39,312 bases of DNA from Armatimonadota bacterium. Its GTDB lineage: Bacteria; Armatimonadota; Fimbriimonadia; Fimbriimonadales; GBS-DC. The notes under the pieces were generated by a model. It had not been told where the DNA came from and made no database searches. It saw only the letters and a program-made list of their open reading frames with translations. A program made the position numbers and the translations under genes. Location of the stretch: the NCBI GenBank assembly GCA_037444405.1, contig JBBIML010000025.1, positions 1 to 39,312 of the forward strand. The letters are read 5' to 3'. Of the stretch, positions 1 through 7,905 are shown piece by piece. The number at the start of each line of letters is the position of its first letter. The stretch's first letter is position 1.

Positions 1-375
1 TTTTGGTTCCAGAAGGCGCAAAAACAGGTGGATGGCTCGCCTTTCGGCTGGCTGCCATCTGATACTGTCTCTTGTATCAGGAAAGCCCTTGACACCCCTC
101 GCGCCGCATTGCACGCGGGTTGACTGCCCGCTCCCATTTGTTGCGCCACTCGCGCTCAAAATTCGTCAGGCAAGCGAGGGCGGTGTCCGCTGGATGCCCT
201 GCCCTCTATGCTCACCTCCCTTGTTGGGGGTTAAGTTTGGCAGGCAGGGGCAGATTCCTGCTAATTTTCACCGGCTGGTGCTACAGAGAGCAGGCAGGGG
301 GTGCCGAATAGCCTCTTAGCGGCAGCAAAAGGGGGCTGTTGGGAAGCTGTTGGGGGTAAGCTATAGGCAGCGGGA

Positions 376-915
376 ATGCGGGTAATGAATGCGGGGCAGG
401 GTTTCCTGCTGGCGATGGTGATCATGCTGGGGGGCTGTCAGCCTGTGGCATCGCCTGCCCCCAACCGCGCTGACCAGCAACCGTCCGAAGCCGAACTGCC
501 CAGCGCACGCTATCAGGTTGCCCAGCCGACGCTGGAGCAGCAGGATGAACAGGGCAGACCCATCTGGAAGCTGACCGCCAAAGCCCTGCAGGGTCAATCG
601 GGTGGCAAGCAGGCAGAAGGGATGCTGATAGATGTGCGGGGCTGGCTCTATCGGCATGGTAAGCCCGTGCTCCAGTTCACCGCTCGCTACGCCCGTGCCC
701 ACTCGGAACGCAAAGAGGTTGAAGCCTGGGGCAGCGTGCAGGCAATCTCCCGCGTCAGCAACGCGCGCCTGCAAGCCGACCGCATCCTCTGGAAAGCCCG
801 CGAAGATCAGATCATCGCCAGCGGCAGGGTTGTTGTTCAGTGGGGTGAACTTGTTATGCGTGATAACCGCCTTACACTCGATACCGCGCTGCAAAAGGCG
901 TGGGGAGGTGAATGA
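376..915 (+). CDS. lptC: LPS export periplasmic protein LptC-like
   Basis: N-terminal hydrophobic anchor or lipobox-like LGGC, then a beta-jellyroll pattern (WKLTAKA...FTARYARA...LQADRILW...GRVVV) typical of LptC; overlaps the next LptA-like gene. Start could be 376 or 385. Confidence 0.65.
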   Translation: MRVMNAGQGFLLAMVIMLGGCQPVASPAPNRADQQPSEAELPSARYQVAQPTLEQQDEQGRPIWKLTAKALQGQSGGKQAEGMLIDVRGWLYRHGKPVLQFTARYARAHSERKEVEAWGSVQAISRVSNARLQADRILWKAREDQIIASGRVVVQWGELVMRDNRLTLDTALQKAWGGE

Positions 916-1490
916 TGGCAGGCAAATGGCTGGTTGCCGGCGGGCTGATCCTGGTGCTGCTGCAGGCGCAGGCGCCCCAGCAGAACCCACGCGCTGTGCA
1001 GTTCGGCAGGGTGCGCATCAGCAACTACGAGCGCTACACGGGGGAGCGCAACCTCAAGGCGCGCACCTTCCGACTGCAGCTGTTTCGCAGCCCGCAGCGC
1101 CCCGTGCGCATTGAGGCGCCCGACCAGTATCTGGTCATCGAAGCGAACCAGCTGCAGGCGCAACTGGGCTACAGCGAGCGCAACGAGCCAGAGCTTCAGC
1201 AGGCGGTCGCCGAGCAGGGCGTGGTGGTGCGCTACGCGCGTCCGCAGCCGTTCAGCCGATTGAACGCCCGCGCCCGCACAGCCACCTACAACGCGAAACA
1301 GTCCACGCTCACGCTGGAAGGCGATGTCTATCTGGAAGCCGAAGACGACGCCTTTTTCACGATCGCCCGCAACCACGATCGGCTGATTGTCTATCTCGGC
1401 GAGGAGACCCAGCGCGTGGAAGCCTTTGCCAGCCAGCGCGACGGCGAGCCGCAAGGAGAACTCATCATCACGTCGAAACAGAAACAATAG
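912..1490 (+). CDS. LptA/OstA-like periplasmic beta-jellyroll protein
   Basis: Signal peptide, then OstA-like motifs (IEANQL, AVAEQGVVV, ARARTATYNAKQSTLTLEGDVYL); coupled to lptC-like gene. Confidence 0.55.
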   Translation: MMAGKWLVAGGLILVLLQAQAPQQNPRAVQFGRVRISNYERYTGERNLKARTFRLQLFRSPQRPVRIEAPDQYLVIEANQLQAQLGYSERNEPELQQAVAEQGVVVRYARPQPFSRLNARARTATYNAKQSTLTLEGDVYLEAEDDAFFTIARNHDRLIVYLGEETQRVEAFASQRDGEPQGELIITSKQKQ

Positions 1491-1496
1491 GTGCGT

Positions 1497-1790
1497 ATGA
1501 CACGCAGAGAGTTCACACAACTGTTGCTAACGCTGCCCGTAGCGCCGCTGATAGCGCAGGAGGGTTCAGACAGGGGTTCGCCCCCTGAGCCGGAGGCGGC
1601 ATGGCGCGTGGTGGTCGAAGCGGTGCGGGGCGAGCCGATGGAGGCGGCGATCCGTCAACGGGTGGCGACTGCGCTCAAAGCGCAGAACGAGCTGCTTGCT
1701 CGTCTGCGCCAGTTCCACCTGCCTGAAGGTTCGGAGCCAGCGTTCGTGTTCCAGCCAGTGCCCGCTCGCCGCAAGGGAGGCGCCCGATGA
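1497..1790 (+). CDS. Small Tat-signal protein with GatC/AtzG-like C-terminus (putative amidase partner subunit)
   Basis: MTRREFTQLLL twin-arginine motif; C-terminal LRQFHLPEGSEPAFVFQP resembles AtzG-like/DUF4089 tails; ATGA overlap with the amidase. The ORF track starts at GTG 1491; ATG is at 1497. Confidence 0.6.
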   Translation: MTRREFTQLLLTLPVAPLIAQEGSDRGSPPEPEAAWRVVVEAVRGEPMEAAIRQRVATALKAQNELLARLRQFHLPEGSEPAFVFQPVPARRKGGAR

Positions 1791-3178
1791 GCGAGGAACT
1801 GCTCTTCCTGACGGCAGCGGAGCAGGCGCAGCTGATGCGGGCGGGCAAACTCAGCTCGGTGGAGCTGACCCGCGCCTATCTGGACGCGCTCAAGACGCGC
1901 GGGATGGCACTGAACGCCGTCGCCACACTGACCGAATCGCTGGCGTTGCAACAGGCGGAGCAAGCCGACCGCGAGCGTCAGGCGGGACGCATCCGCAGCC
2001 CACTGCACGGCATCCCCTACGGCGCCAAAGACCTGTTCGCCACACGCGGTATCCCTACCACCTGGGGTTCGCCCGCGCACCAGAACCAGCAGTTCGATGA
2101 GGATGCAACGGTCATCACGCGCCTGCGTGAGGCGGGCGCGGTGCTGGTGGCGAAGCTGGCGATGATCGAGCTGGCGGGTGGCGGCGGCTATGAGTACGCG
2201 CACGCCTCCGCGACGGGCGCATGCCGCAACCCGTGGAACCCGTCGCGCTGGGCAGGCGGCTCCAGCAGCGGATCGGGCGCGGCAGTCGCTGCCGGCACCG
2301 TGAGCTTCGCGCTCGGCACCGAGACCTGGGGCTCCATCACAGTGCCCGCTGCGTTCTGTGGCATCAGCGGGCTGCGTCCCACCTACGGGCGTGTGAGCCG
2401 ACACGGCGCGATGGCGCTCTCATGGACGATGGACAAAATCGGTCCGATGGCACGCAGTGCGGAAGATTGCGCCCTCGTGCTGCAGGTGATTGCCGGCGCC
2501 GACCCCAACGACCCCTCCACGCTGGGTCAGCCGCCGTTCCGCTATCGGTTCAGCCAGTGGCGTCGACAGCGCTTCACGCTGGGGCTGCTACCCACCGACT
2601 TCAGCCATGCGCCCGACGCCCAGAAAGCGTTCGAGGAAGCCCTGCGCGTGTTCCGGAAGCGCGGCGATACCCTGCGCGAGGTCAAGCTGCCCGATTACCC
2701 CTTCAACGCCGCGGCGGAGGTGATTATCACCGCCGAAGGCGCCGCCGCCTTCGAGAACCTGATTCGGAGCCAGCGCCTATATGAGCTGCGCGACACCTCG
2801 CAAATCGCGGGGCTGCTATCGGGGCTTGCGCTGCCCGCCGTCGACTACCTGCGCGCGATGCGCATTCGACAGCGGGCTATTCGCGCCGTCGCCGCGCTGT
2901 TTGAGGAGGTGGACGCACTGATTGCGCCCACCCTGCTGCAGGGCGCGCTCCCCATCGATAAGAGCTTCAACGAGACCTGGGTTCACATGGGCGGTAATGG
3001 CGGCTTCGCGAATCTGGCGGGCTTGCCCTCTATCTCCGTCCCGATGGGCTTCACGGCGGACGGGCTACCGCTGGGGCTGGAGATTATCGGCGGCGCGTAC
3101 GAGGAGGCGAAAATCCTCGCACTGGCGCAAATCTTCCAATCTGAAACCGACTGGCATCGGCGGCGCCCGCCACTCTAA
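1787..3178 (+). CDS. Amidase signature family enzyme (GatA/AtzE-like)
   Basis: PLHGIPYGAKDLF (catalytic Lys), GGSSSGS, GTETWGSI (nucleophile Ser), GLRPTYGRVSR; no signal peptide; SD-like AAGGGAGG upstream. Confidence 0.92.
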   Translation: MSEELLFLTAAEQAQLMRAGKLSSVELTRAYLDALKTRGMALNAVATLTESLALQQAEQADRERQAGRIRSPLHGIPYGAKDLFATRGIPTTWGSPAHQNQQFDEDATVITRLREAGAVLVAKLAMIELAGGGGYEYAHASATGACRNPWNPSRWAGGSSSGSGAAVAAGTVSFALGTETWGSITVPAAFCGISGLRPTYGRVSRHGAMALSWTMDKIGPMARSAEDCALVLQVIAGADPNDPSTLGQPPFRYRFSQWRRQRFTLGLLPTDFSHAPDAQKAFEEALRVFRKRGDTLREVKLPDYPFNAAAEVIITAEGAAAFENLIRSQRLYELRDTSQIAGLLSGLALPAVDYLRAMRIRQRAIRAVAALFEEVDALIAPTLLQGALPIDKSFNETWVHMGGNGGFANLAGLPSISVPMGFTADGLPLGLEIIGGAYEEAKILALAQIFQSETDWHRRRPPL

Positions 3179-3663
3179 CGCAGATCGATCCACTGCACGG
3201 TGCGGGCGGGCAGCTCCAGAATGGCGCAGGTCGGCTCGCCTGTGAGCCAGCCACACACCTCGCCAGGGTTCAGCACCAGGCAGTCGCCGACGCGCCGCTC
3301 CTCACGCCGATGCGTGTGCCCATAAATGACCACCTCATATAGCCCGCTCTGTGCGAACGCCTCCACCGGCTCTGGCTCATGCACCATCGCCAGTCGGCAG
3401 CCGTCCAGCTCCAGAAACAGGGGCTGAACCTGCACATGCCCGATCTCAGCGATGCGCCGCGCCAGCCCCAGCCGCTCGCCGTCGTTGTTGCCGAAGATAC
3501 CCTGCAGGCGACACTGCAGCCGCGCCAGCTCGTTCGCCACAAAAGGCGCCACATAGTCGCCCGCATGCAGCGCCAGCTCCACCTGATGGTCGTTCAGCGC
3601 GTCCACCGCCCGCCGCAGGTAGACCAGATGGTCGTGACTATCGGAAATGACACCGATTCGCAT
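3175..3663 (-). CDS. YfcE/MJ0936-family metallophosphoesterase
   Basis: Motifs SDSH, HAGD, GNND, GHTH, NPG. Confidence 0.92.
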   Translation of the reverse strand: MRIGVISDSHDHLVYLRRAVDALNDHQVELALHAGDYVAPFVANELARLQCRLQGIFGNNDGERLGLARRIAEIGHVQVQPLFLELDGCRLAMVHEPEPVEAFAQSGLYEVVIYGHTHRREERRVGDCLVLNPGEVCGWLTGEPTCAILELPARTVQWIDLR

Positions 3664-3672
3664 GGCTCGATT

Positions 3673-4593
3673 CTACCGCACGCGCCGACCCCACCGCACA
3701 AGCCGTCCCAGCCAGCGCATGAACGCATCTTTGTAGTTCTTGAGCAGGAACAGCGACGCCCGCAAAGTTAGCCCCAGTGGGATCAGCGGGCGCAAATAGA
3801 GCGGCGTCTGACGAAGGTAGTGCTTTTTATAAAACTTATACATGCTTCGATGGAAGGTGATAATCATCTGGTTCGCTACCAGGTCAGTGCTGCGTCCAAT
3901 CGCGTGGATAATCACGGCTTCCGGATAGTACAGCACCTTCCAGCCTGCCTGCCACGCGCGATAGCACAGATCGACATCCTCCACATAGATGAAAAACTGC
4001 TCATCGAAGCCGCCGAGCTGTTCGAACAGGGCGCGTCGCACCAGCATCGCCGCGCCCGACACCCAGTCCACCTCGCGCACAGAGTTGTGATCCCAGTCCA
4101 GCATGAGATATTCGCGCGTGTAGCGGTTGTTGGGAAAGAGGCGTCCGAGCGGCGTGTTGCGAAAGATTGCCGCGGTGGGGTTCGGGAACCGCCGACACGA
4201 ATATTGCAGGCTGCCGTCGGGATTGAGCAGTTTGGGTCCGATAATGCCCGCTTCGGGTTGCTCCTCCGCGAAGCGCACCAGTTTGGCGAGCGCGTGGCGC
4301 ATCACAAAAGTGTCAGGGTTCAGAATCAGCAGGTAGCGTCCTTGCGCGTGGCGGGCGAGCGTGTTGTGCCCCTTCGCGAAACCGAGATTGCGCTCGCTGA
4401 CCAGCAGGCGCACCTGCGGGAACTCCTTCTCCAGCATCTGCACGCTCCCATCGCGCGAATCGTTGTCCAGCACCAGCACTTCAAAGGGGAAGGTGGGCGG
4501 CGATTCGTAGATAGAGCGCAGTGCCTGACGCAGATGCTCCCGCGCGTTCCAGTTCACTATCTGTATCGTCAGCACAATCTCAGGCGTCGCCAT
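3673..4593 (-). CDS. GT2 family glycosyltransferase (WbbL-like)
   Basis: IVNWN, DNDSRDGS, NLGFAKGHN, LNPD, VSGAAML, GGFDEQFFIYVEDVDLC. Confidence 0.92.
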   Translation of the reverse strand: MATPEIVLTIQIVNWNAREHLRQALRSIYESPPTFPFEVLVLDNDSRDGSVQMLEKEFPQVRLLVSERNLGFAKGHNTLARHAQGRYLLILNPDTFVMRHALAKLVRFAEEQPEAGIIGPKLLNPDGSLQYSCRRFPNPTAAIFRNTPLGRLFPNNRYTREYLMLDWDHNSVREVDWVSGAAMLVRRALFEQLGGFDEQFFIYVEDVDLCYRAWQAGWKVLYYPEAVIIHAIGRSTDLVANQMIITFHRSMYKFYKKHYLRQTPLYLRPLIPLGLTLRASLFLLKNYKDAFMRWLGRLVRWGRRVR

Positions 4594-4624
4594 CCAGCAT
4601 TAAGATTACCCCTCTTTGCAGAGA

Positions 4625-4651
4625 GCAGGAAAGGAGGCGGGCGCGGCGAAT
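4625..4651 (+). promoter_or_regulatory. SigH/Spo0H-like promoter
   Basis: GCAGGA-N17-GAAT, 10 nt before ATG 4662. Confidence 0.65.
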
Positions 4652-4661
4652 CGAATCGGCG

Positions 4662-5699
4662 ATGACGCCGTTTTTGCGTAAAGTGGTGGAGTTCCTGCGC
4701 GAGAACCCCGATGGGGTGCGCGTGGTGCGACGGCTCACCAGCGAGGACATCATCGAAGTGCCTGAAGAAGAGGGCTGGTCAGGCGACGCGCTGCTGGTGC
4801 CCGAACCCGACCGCAAGGAGTTCGGCATCTTCGAAGTGCCGCGCGGCAATCAGCCCACCGCCTTCACCCACTTCATCGATGGCATCCAGCACTCACAACT
4901 GCTCTATTATCTCTGTGTGGAGCAGGCGTTTCTGCCCGTGGTCTACGGCTACATCGCGGCGATGGTGCTGGAGCGGCGCGAGCGCACACTCCATCCCTGC
5001 CCGGAACTGCACGCCGACGAGGAAGCGCTCTACCTGCCTGCCCGACTCATCAACCCGCGCACCTTCCAGAAGCACGGAATCATCATCCACGACACCTACG
5101 AGCGCGCAGAGGTGGAGACCGCCTCGTTCGCCAGCATGTTGCAGAAGGCGGGGGCGACCGTCGCCCGCATGCGCGACCAGCTGGAGCGCGAGATGGCGAT
5201 GCGCTGGATCGAACGCTACGGCGACAGCCCCGATTGCTGGCTGCTGGTGGACGGCTCCATTTCGGACCTGATGCGGGAGCAGCAGACGCGCCGATTCCTG
5301 CGGGTGGTGGGCGTCTCCAAATCGCATCGCACCTCCTATCTGCGCCCCGACTGGATGCTGCAGGTGCTGAACATGCCCGCTGGCTATCGGAGCAGTGTGT
5401 TTCGCCCGCGCCGCCCGCAGGTGGAAGAGGTCTACAGCTGGTATCTGCGCCTGCGCTGGCAGGAGGGCGCCGCGCCGACCTACGGGCTGGTGCGCGTGGA
5501 GATGCCGCCCACACCAGAGACGCTGGAGCTGGTGGATACCGTCTCCGCATGGCTGCTGCAGGAGACGCGCCCGCTGAGCCTGCCCGACCCGCGCTACGAC
5601 CGCCTGCTCTATCCGTTCCGAATGTGCGAGCATCACCTGCGCAGTCGGGCGCCCAGCCGCGTGCTGATCGAGACCGCCGTCGCGAACCTGAGCGTGTAA
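4662..5699 (+). CDS. NurA-like (RNase H-fold) nuclease domain protein
   Basis: FIDG, LLVDGS, VVGVSKSH, YSWYLRL, GLVRVE, PDPR...CEHHLR match the bacterial NurA-like pattern. Start set at ATG 4662 because the ORF-track start overlaps the divergent GT2 gene. Confidence 0.7.
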   Translation: MTPFLRKVVEFLRENPDGVRVVRRLTSEDIIEVPEEEGWSGDALLVPEPDRKEFGIFEVPRGNQPTAFTHFIDGIQHSQLLYYLCVEQAFLPVVYGYIAAMVLERRERTLHPCPELHADEEALYLPARLINPRTFQKHGIIIHDTYERAEVETASFASMLQKAGATVARMRDQLEREMAMRWIERYGDSPDCWLLVDGSISDLMREQQTRRFLRVVGVSKSHRTSYLRPDWMLQVLNMPAGYRSSVFRPRRPQVEEVYSWYLRLRWQEGAAPTYGLVRVEMPPTPETLELVDTVSAWLLQETRPLSLPDPRYDRLLYPFRMCEHHLRSRAPSRVLIETAVANLSV

Positions 5700-5704
5700 G
5701 CCAC

Positions 5705-6184
5705 CTACTGCGTTACAAAGTGGGTGAAATAGACCTCCAGCACGCTCTCCTTCTCGTGCGTCTTCTCGTGCAGCACCTCGTTGACCCGCTCGCGAATGCG
5801 CTCCTTGACTTTCTGTTTGCCCTCGTAGGTGTTGAGTTCGGCGCGTCCGCTGCTGGCGAGCGCCATCAGCACCGCGTCGCGCAGAGGCGCGGTCTCCTCC
5901 TTGAGCTTTTCAGCGGGGATGCCCTCTTTGAGACCGAGCGCGACGCCCGCCTTCAGATAATGCTCGCTGTCCAGATTGACCAGGAACTCGCCGAGGTCGA
6001 GCGTGTGCCCGACTTTGGGCTTTTCGGGTTCCTTCGCGCCCTTGCCCGCGAACAGCATCTTGCCCGCGAAGGCGCCGCCCGCCAGCCCCGCTACCAGCAC
6101 CGCTATCACCAGCACGATGGGCATGCCGCCCTTCGACTTCGGCTCCTTGCCCTTGCCGCTACCTGCCTTCTTCTTCTCTGCCAC
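5705..6184 (-). CDS. fliL: Flagellar basal body-associated protein FliL
   Basis: Lys-rich N-terminus, single TM helix, LGEFLVNL, LRDAVL...GKQKVKERIRERVN, EVYFTHFVTQ. Confidence 0.9.
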   Translation of the reverse strand: MAEKKKAGSGKGKEPKSKGGMPIVLVIAVLVAGLAGGAFAGKMLFAGKGAKEPEKPKVGHTLDLGEFLVNLDSEHYLKAGVALGLKEGIPAEKLKEETAPLRDAVLMALASSGRAELNTYEGKQKVKERIRERVNEVLHEKTHEKESVLEVYFTHFVTQ

Positions 6185-6248
6185 CGTCGTTCACCAGGGG
6201 CAGTTTTTCCACATCCGCGGCTCAGAAGCTCAACAGGGAATCAGGTTG

Positions 6249-6290
6249 CCCTCACCCCCAGCCCCTCTCCCACGCTGTGGGAGAGGGGGG
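6249..6290. repeat. boxC-like palindromic repeat
   Basis: CCCTCACCCCCAGCCCCTCTCCC-ACGCTGT-GGGAGAGGGG; same family as the copies at 13612-13803. Confidence 0.8.
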
Positions 6291-6295
6291 CGGGT

Positions 6296-7774
6296 TCACA
6301 CCCAGTGGGGTTGCGTCGGCGCGGCGGCGCGCGAGAGGAACTTGCGAGCCTCCTGCGGACTCATCGACGGGTTCTTGTGCGACAGCCCGAACAGCTTGAG
6401 CATCTTGTAGAAGGCGTCGGTGTTGCGAACCAGCCCGTGAAACTCCTCGCGCCCGACGCCAATCGCGGTCAGCCACACATAGTCGGCGGTGTGGCTGGTG
6501 CCCGTCCAGCCGATGCCGTTGTAGTTGCTCAGAATCTCGCCCAGCAGACCGTTGAGGTTCTGGTGCTGGCGGTTCCACACCGTCGGCATGCGGTTCGCCA
6601 GCGCGTTTGCCAGCGCCTCCGCTTCCTCGCGATTGATCTCGATGCCCAGCTGCGCCCTGATGACCTCGCGAACCGAATCGGGTGTGGCTTGCTGAAGGTG
6701 GCGGGGCAGCTGCTCAAAGGAGCATTTCGCCAGCGCGAGCCGCTCAAAGCAGGCGTTGCTCTGGCGGTACTCACTCCCCATCCCGTTCAAGCCCGGATTG
6801 GAGTTGCCGTGATCGCTGGTGATAATCACCAGCGTGTCGTCGCGGCGGGCGGCGAAGTTGTAGACCACCTCGATGGCATCGTCGAAGGCGAGCTGATCCC
6901 ACATCAGTGCGGCGGCGTCGTTCGAATGGGCGGCGTGATCCACGCGCCCACCCTCCACCTGCAGCAGGAAGCCCTCGCGGGAGCGACTCAAAATCTCCAG
7001 CGCCTTGCGCGTCATCTCCGCTAAAGTGGGCACCGTGCGCTTCAGCTCCTCCGAGTGGATGTGATCCACGGTGTAGGGCAGATGGCTATTGTAAAACAGC
7101 CCCAGCACCTTATCGGGGCGCTCGTCGCTGATGACCTGCTCGCGACGGTTCCAGAAGGTGTAGCCCTTGCGCGTGTATTCGCTGATGAGGTCGCGCTTAT
7201 CGGCTCGCAGGCGCGGGTCATAATGGCGCAAGCCGCCCCCCATCAGCACATCGACCACATCCAGATATTGCGGGGCAATCTCATCTTCGGCATCACGACT
7301 GCGCTGGACAGCGGCGAAGCCGGCGGGCGTCGCGTGCGTGATGCGCGTGGTGGTCACCAGCCCCACCGTTTTGCCCGCCGCCTTCACAATCTGCGCAATC
7401 GGGGTCAGGCGCGTGCCGTCGGGCAGCATATTGACCCAGCCGTTGAAGATTCGGCTGCCACTGCCCCACGCCGACGACGCCGACGAGGAATCGGTCACCA
7501 GCGAATCGAGCGACGCCATATCGAAAAAGCCGAGCGTGGCTTCGGGGTTCTGCAGGAGTTGATGCCAGAAGGAGCCTTTGCCGCGCACCAGTTTGCCGAA
7601 CTCATCGGCGAGCGAGGGCACGCCCGCGCTCATTCCGTCCGCCACCATGAAGATGATGTTGCGCACGCGCCCGCGCGCCCGACGCTGGGGAGTGATTGTG
7701 GGTGCAAGCGCGAGACCTGCCACGCCCGCAATGCCCAGCCGAAGCAGCTCCCTGCGTGTCAGCTTGCCGTTCAT
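6296..7774 (-). CDS. Alkaline phosphatase (PhoA family) with Tat signal
   Basis: TRRELL signal; NIIFMVADGM, VTDSSSAS (phosphoserine), THATPAGF, EGGRVDHAAHSND, TSDHG, HT. Start at ATG 7774; the ORF-track extension to 8020 overlaps lysS. Confidence 0.92.
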   Translation of the reverse strand: MNGKLTRRELLRLGIAGVAGLALAPTITPQRRARGRVRNIIFMVADGMSAGVPSLADEFGKLVRGKGSFWHQLLQNPEATLGFFDMASLDSLVTDSSSASSAWGSGSRIFNGWVNMLPDGTRLTPIAQIVKAAGKTVGLVTTTRITHATPAGFAAVQRSRDAEDEIAPQYLDVVDVLMGGGLRHYDPRLRADKRDLISEYTRKGYTFWNRREQVISDERPDKVLGLFYNSHLPYTVDHIHSEELKRTVPTLAEMTRKALEILSRSREGFLLQVEGGRVDHAAHSNDAAALMWDQLAFDDAIEVVYNFAARRDDTLVIITSDHGNSNPGLNGMGSEYRQSNACFERLALAKCSFEQLPRHLQQATPDSVREVIRAQLGIEINREEAEALANALANRMPTVWNRQHQNLNGLLGEILSNYNGIGWTGTSHTADYVWLTAIGVGREEFHGLVRNTDAFYKMLKLFGLSHKNPSMSPQEARKFLSRAAAPTQPHWV

Positions 7775-7812
7775 AGCAGGGATTATACCGCCTGCCGCTG
7801 TTAAGGCGGGGT

Positions 7813-7905
7813 TAATCGCGCATCTGCGGGAAGAAGATGGGTGGCTTGTGCATTCTGCCCAAGCACGCCAAACCCCGCTAATCGCGCATCTGCGGGAAGA
7901 AGATG
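7813..7905. repeat. 27-bp direct repeat of the lysS 3' end (7813-7839 and 7879-7905)
   Basis: TAATCGCGCATCTGCGGGAAGAAGATG occurs twice, separated by 39 bp. Confidence 0.95.

Noticed and set aside
207..222. CTCACCTCCCTT as a 16S rRNA 3' end
   Set aside because: The flanking sequence does not resemble 16S rRNA.
1787..3178. gatCA (tRNA amidotransferase)
   Set aside because: No gatB follows, the active-site motif is GTETWGS rather than GSDTGGS, and the small partner has a Tat-like signal.
7813..7905. Mini CRISPR array (27-bp repeat, 39-bp spacer)
   Set aside because: Only two copies, one of which is lysS coding sequence; no cas genes or leader.
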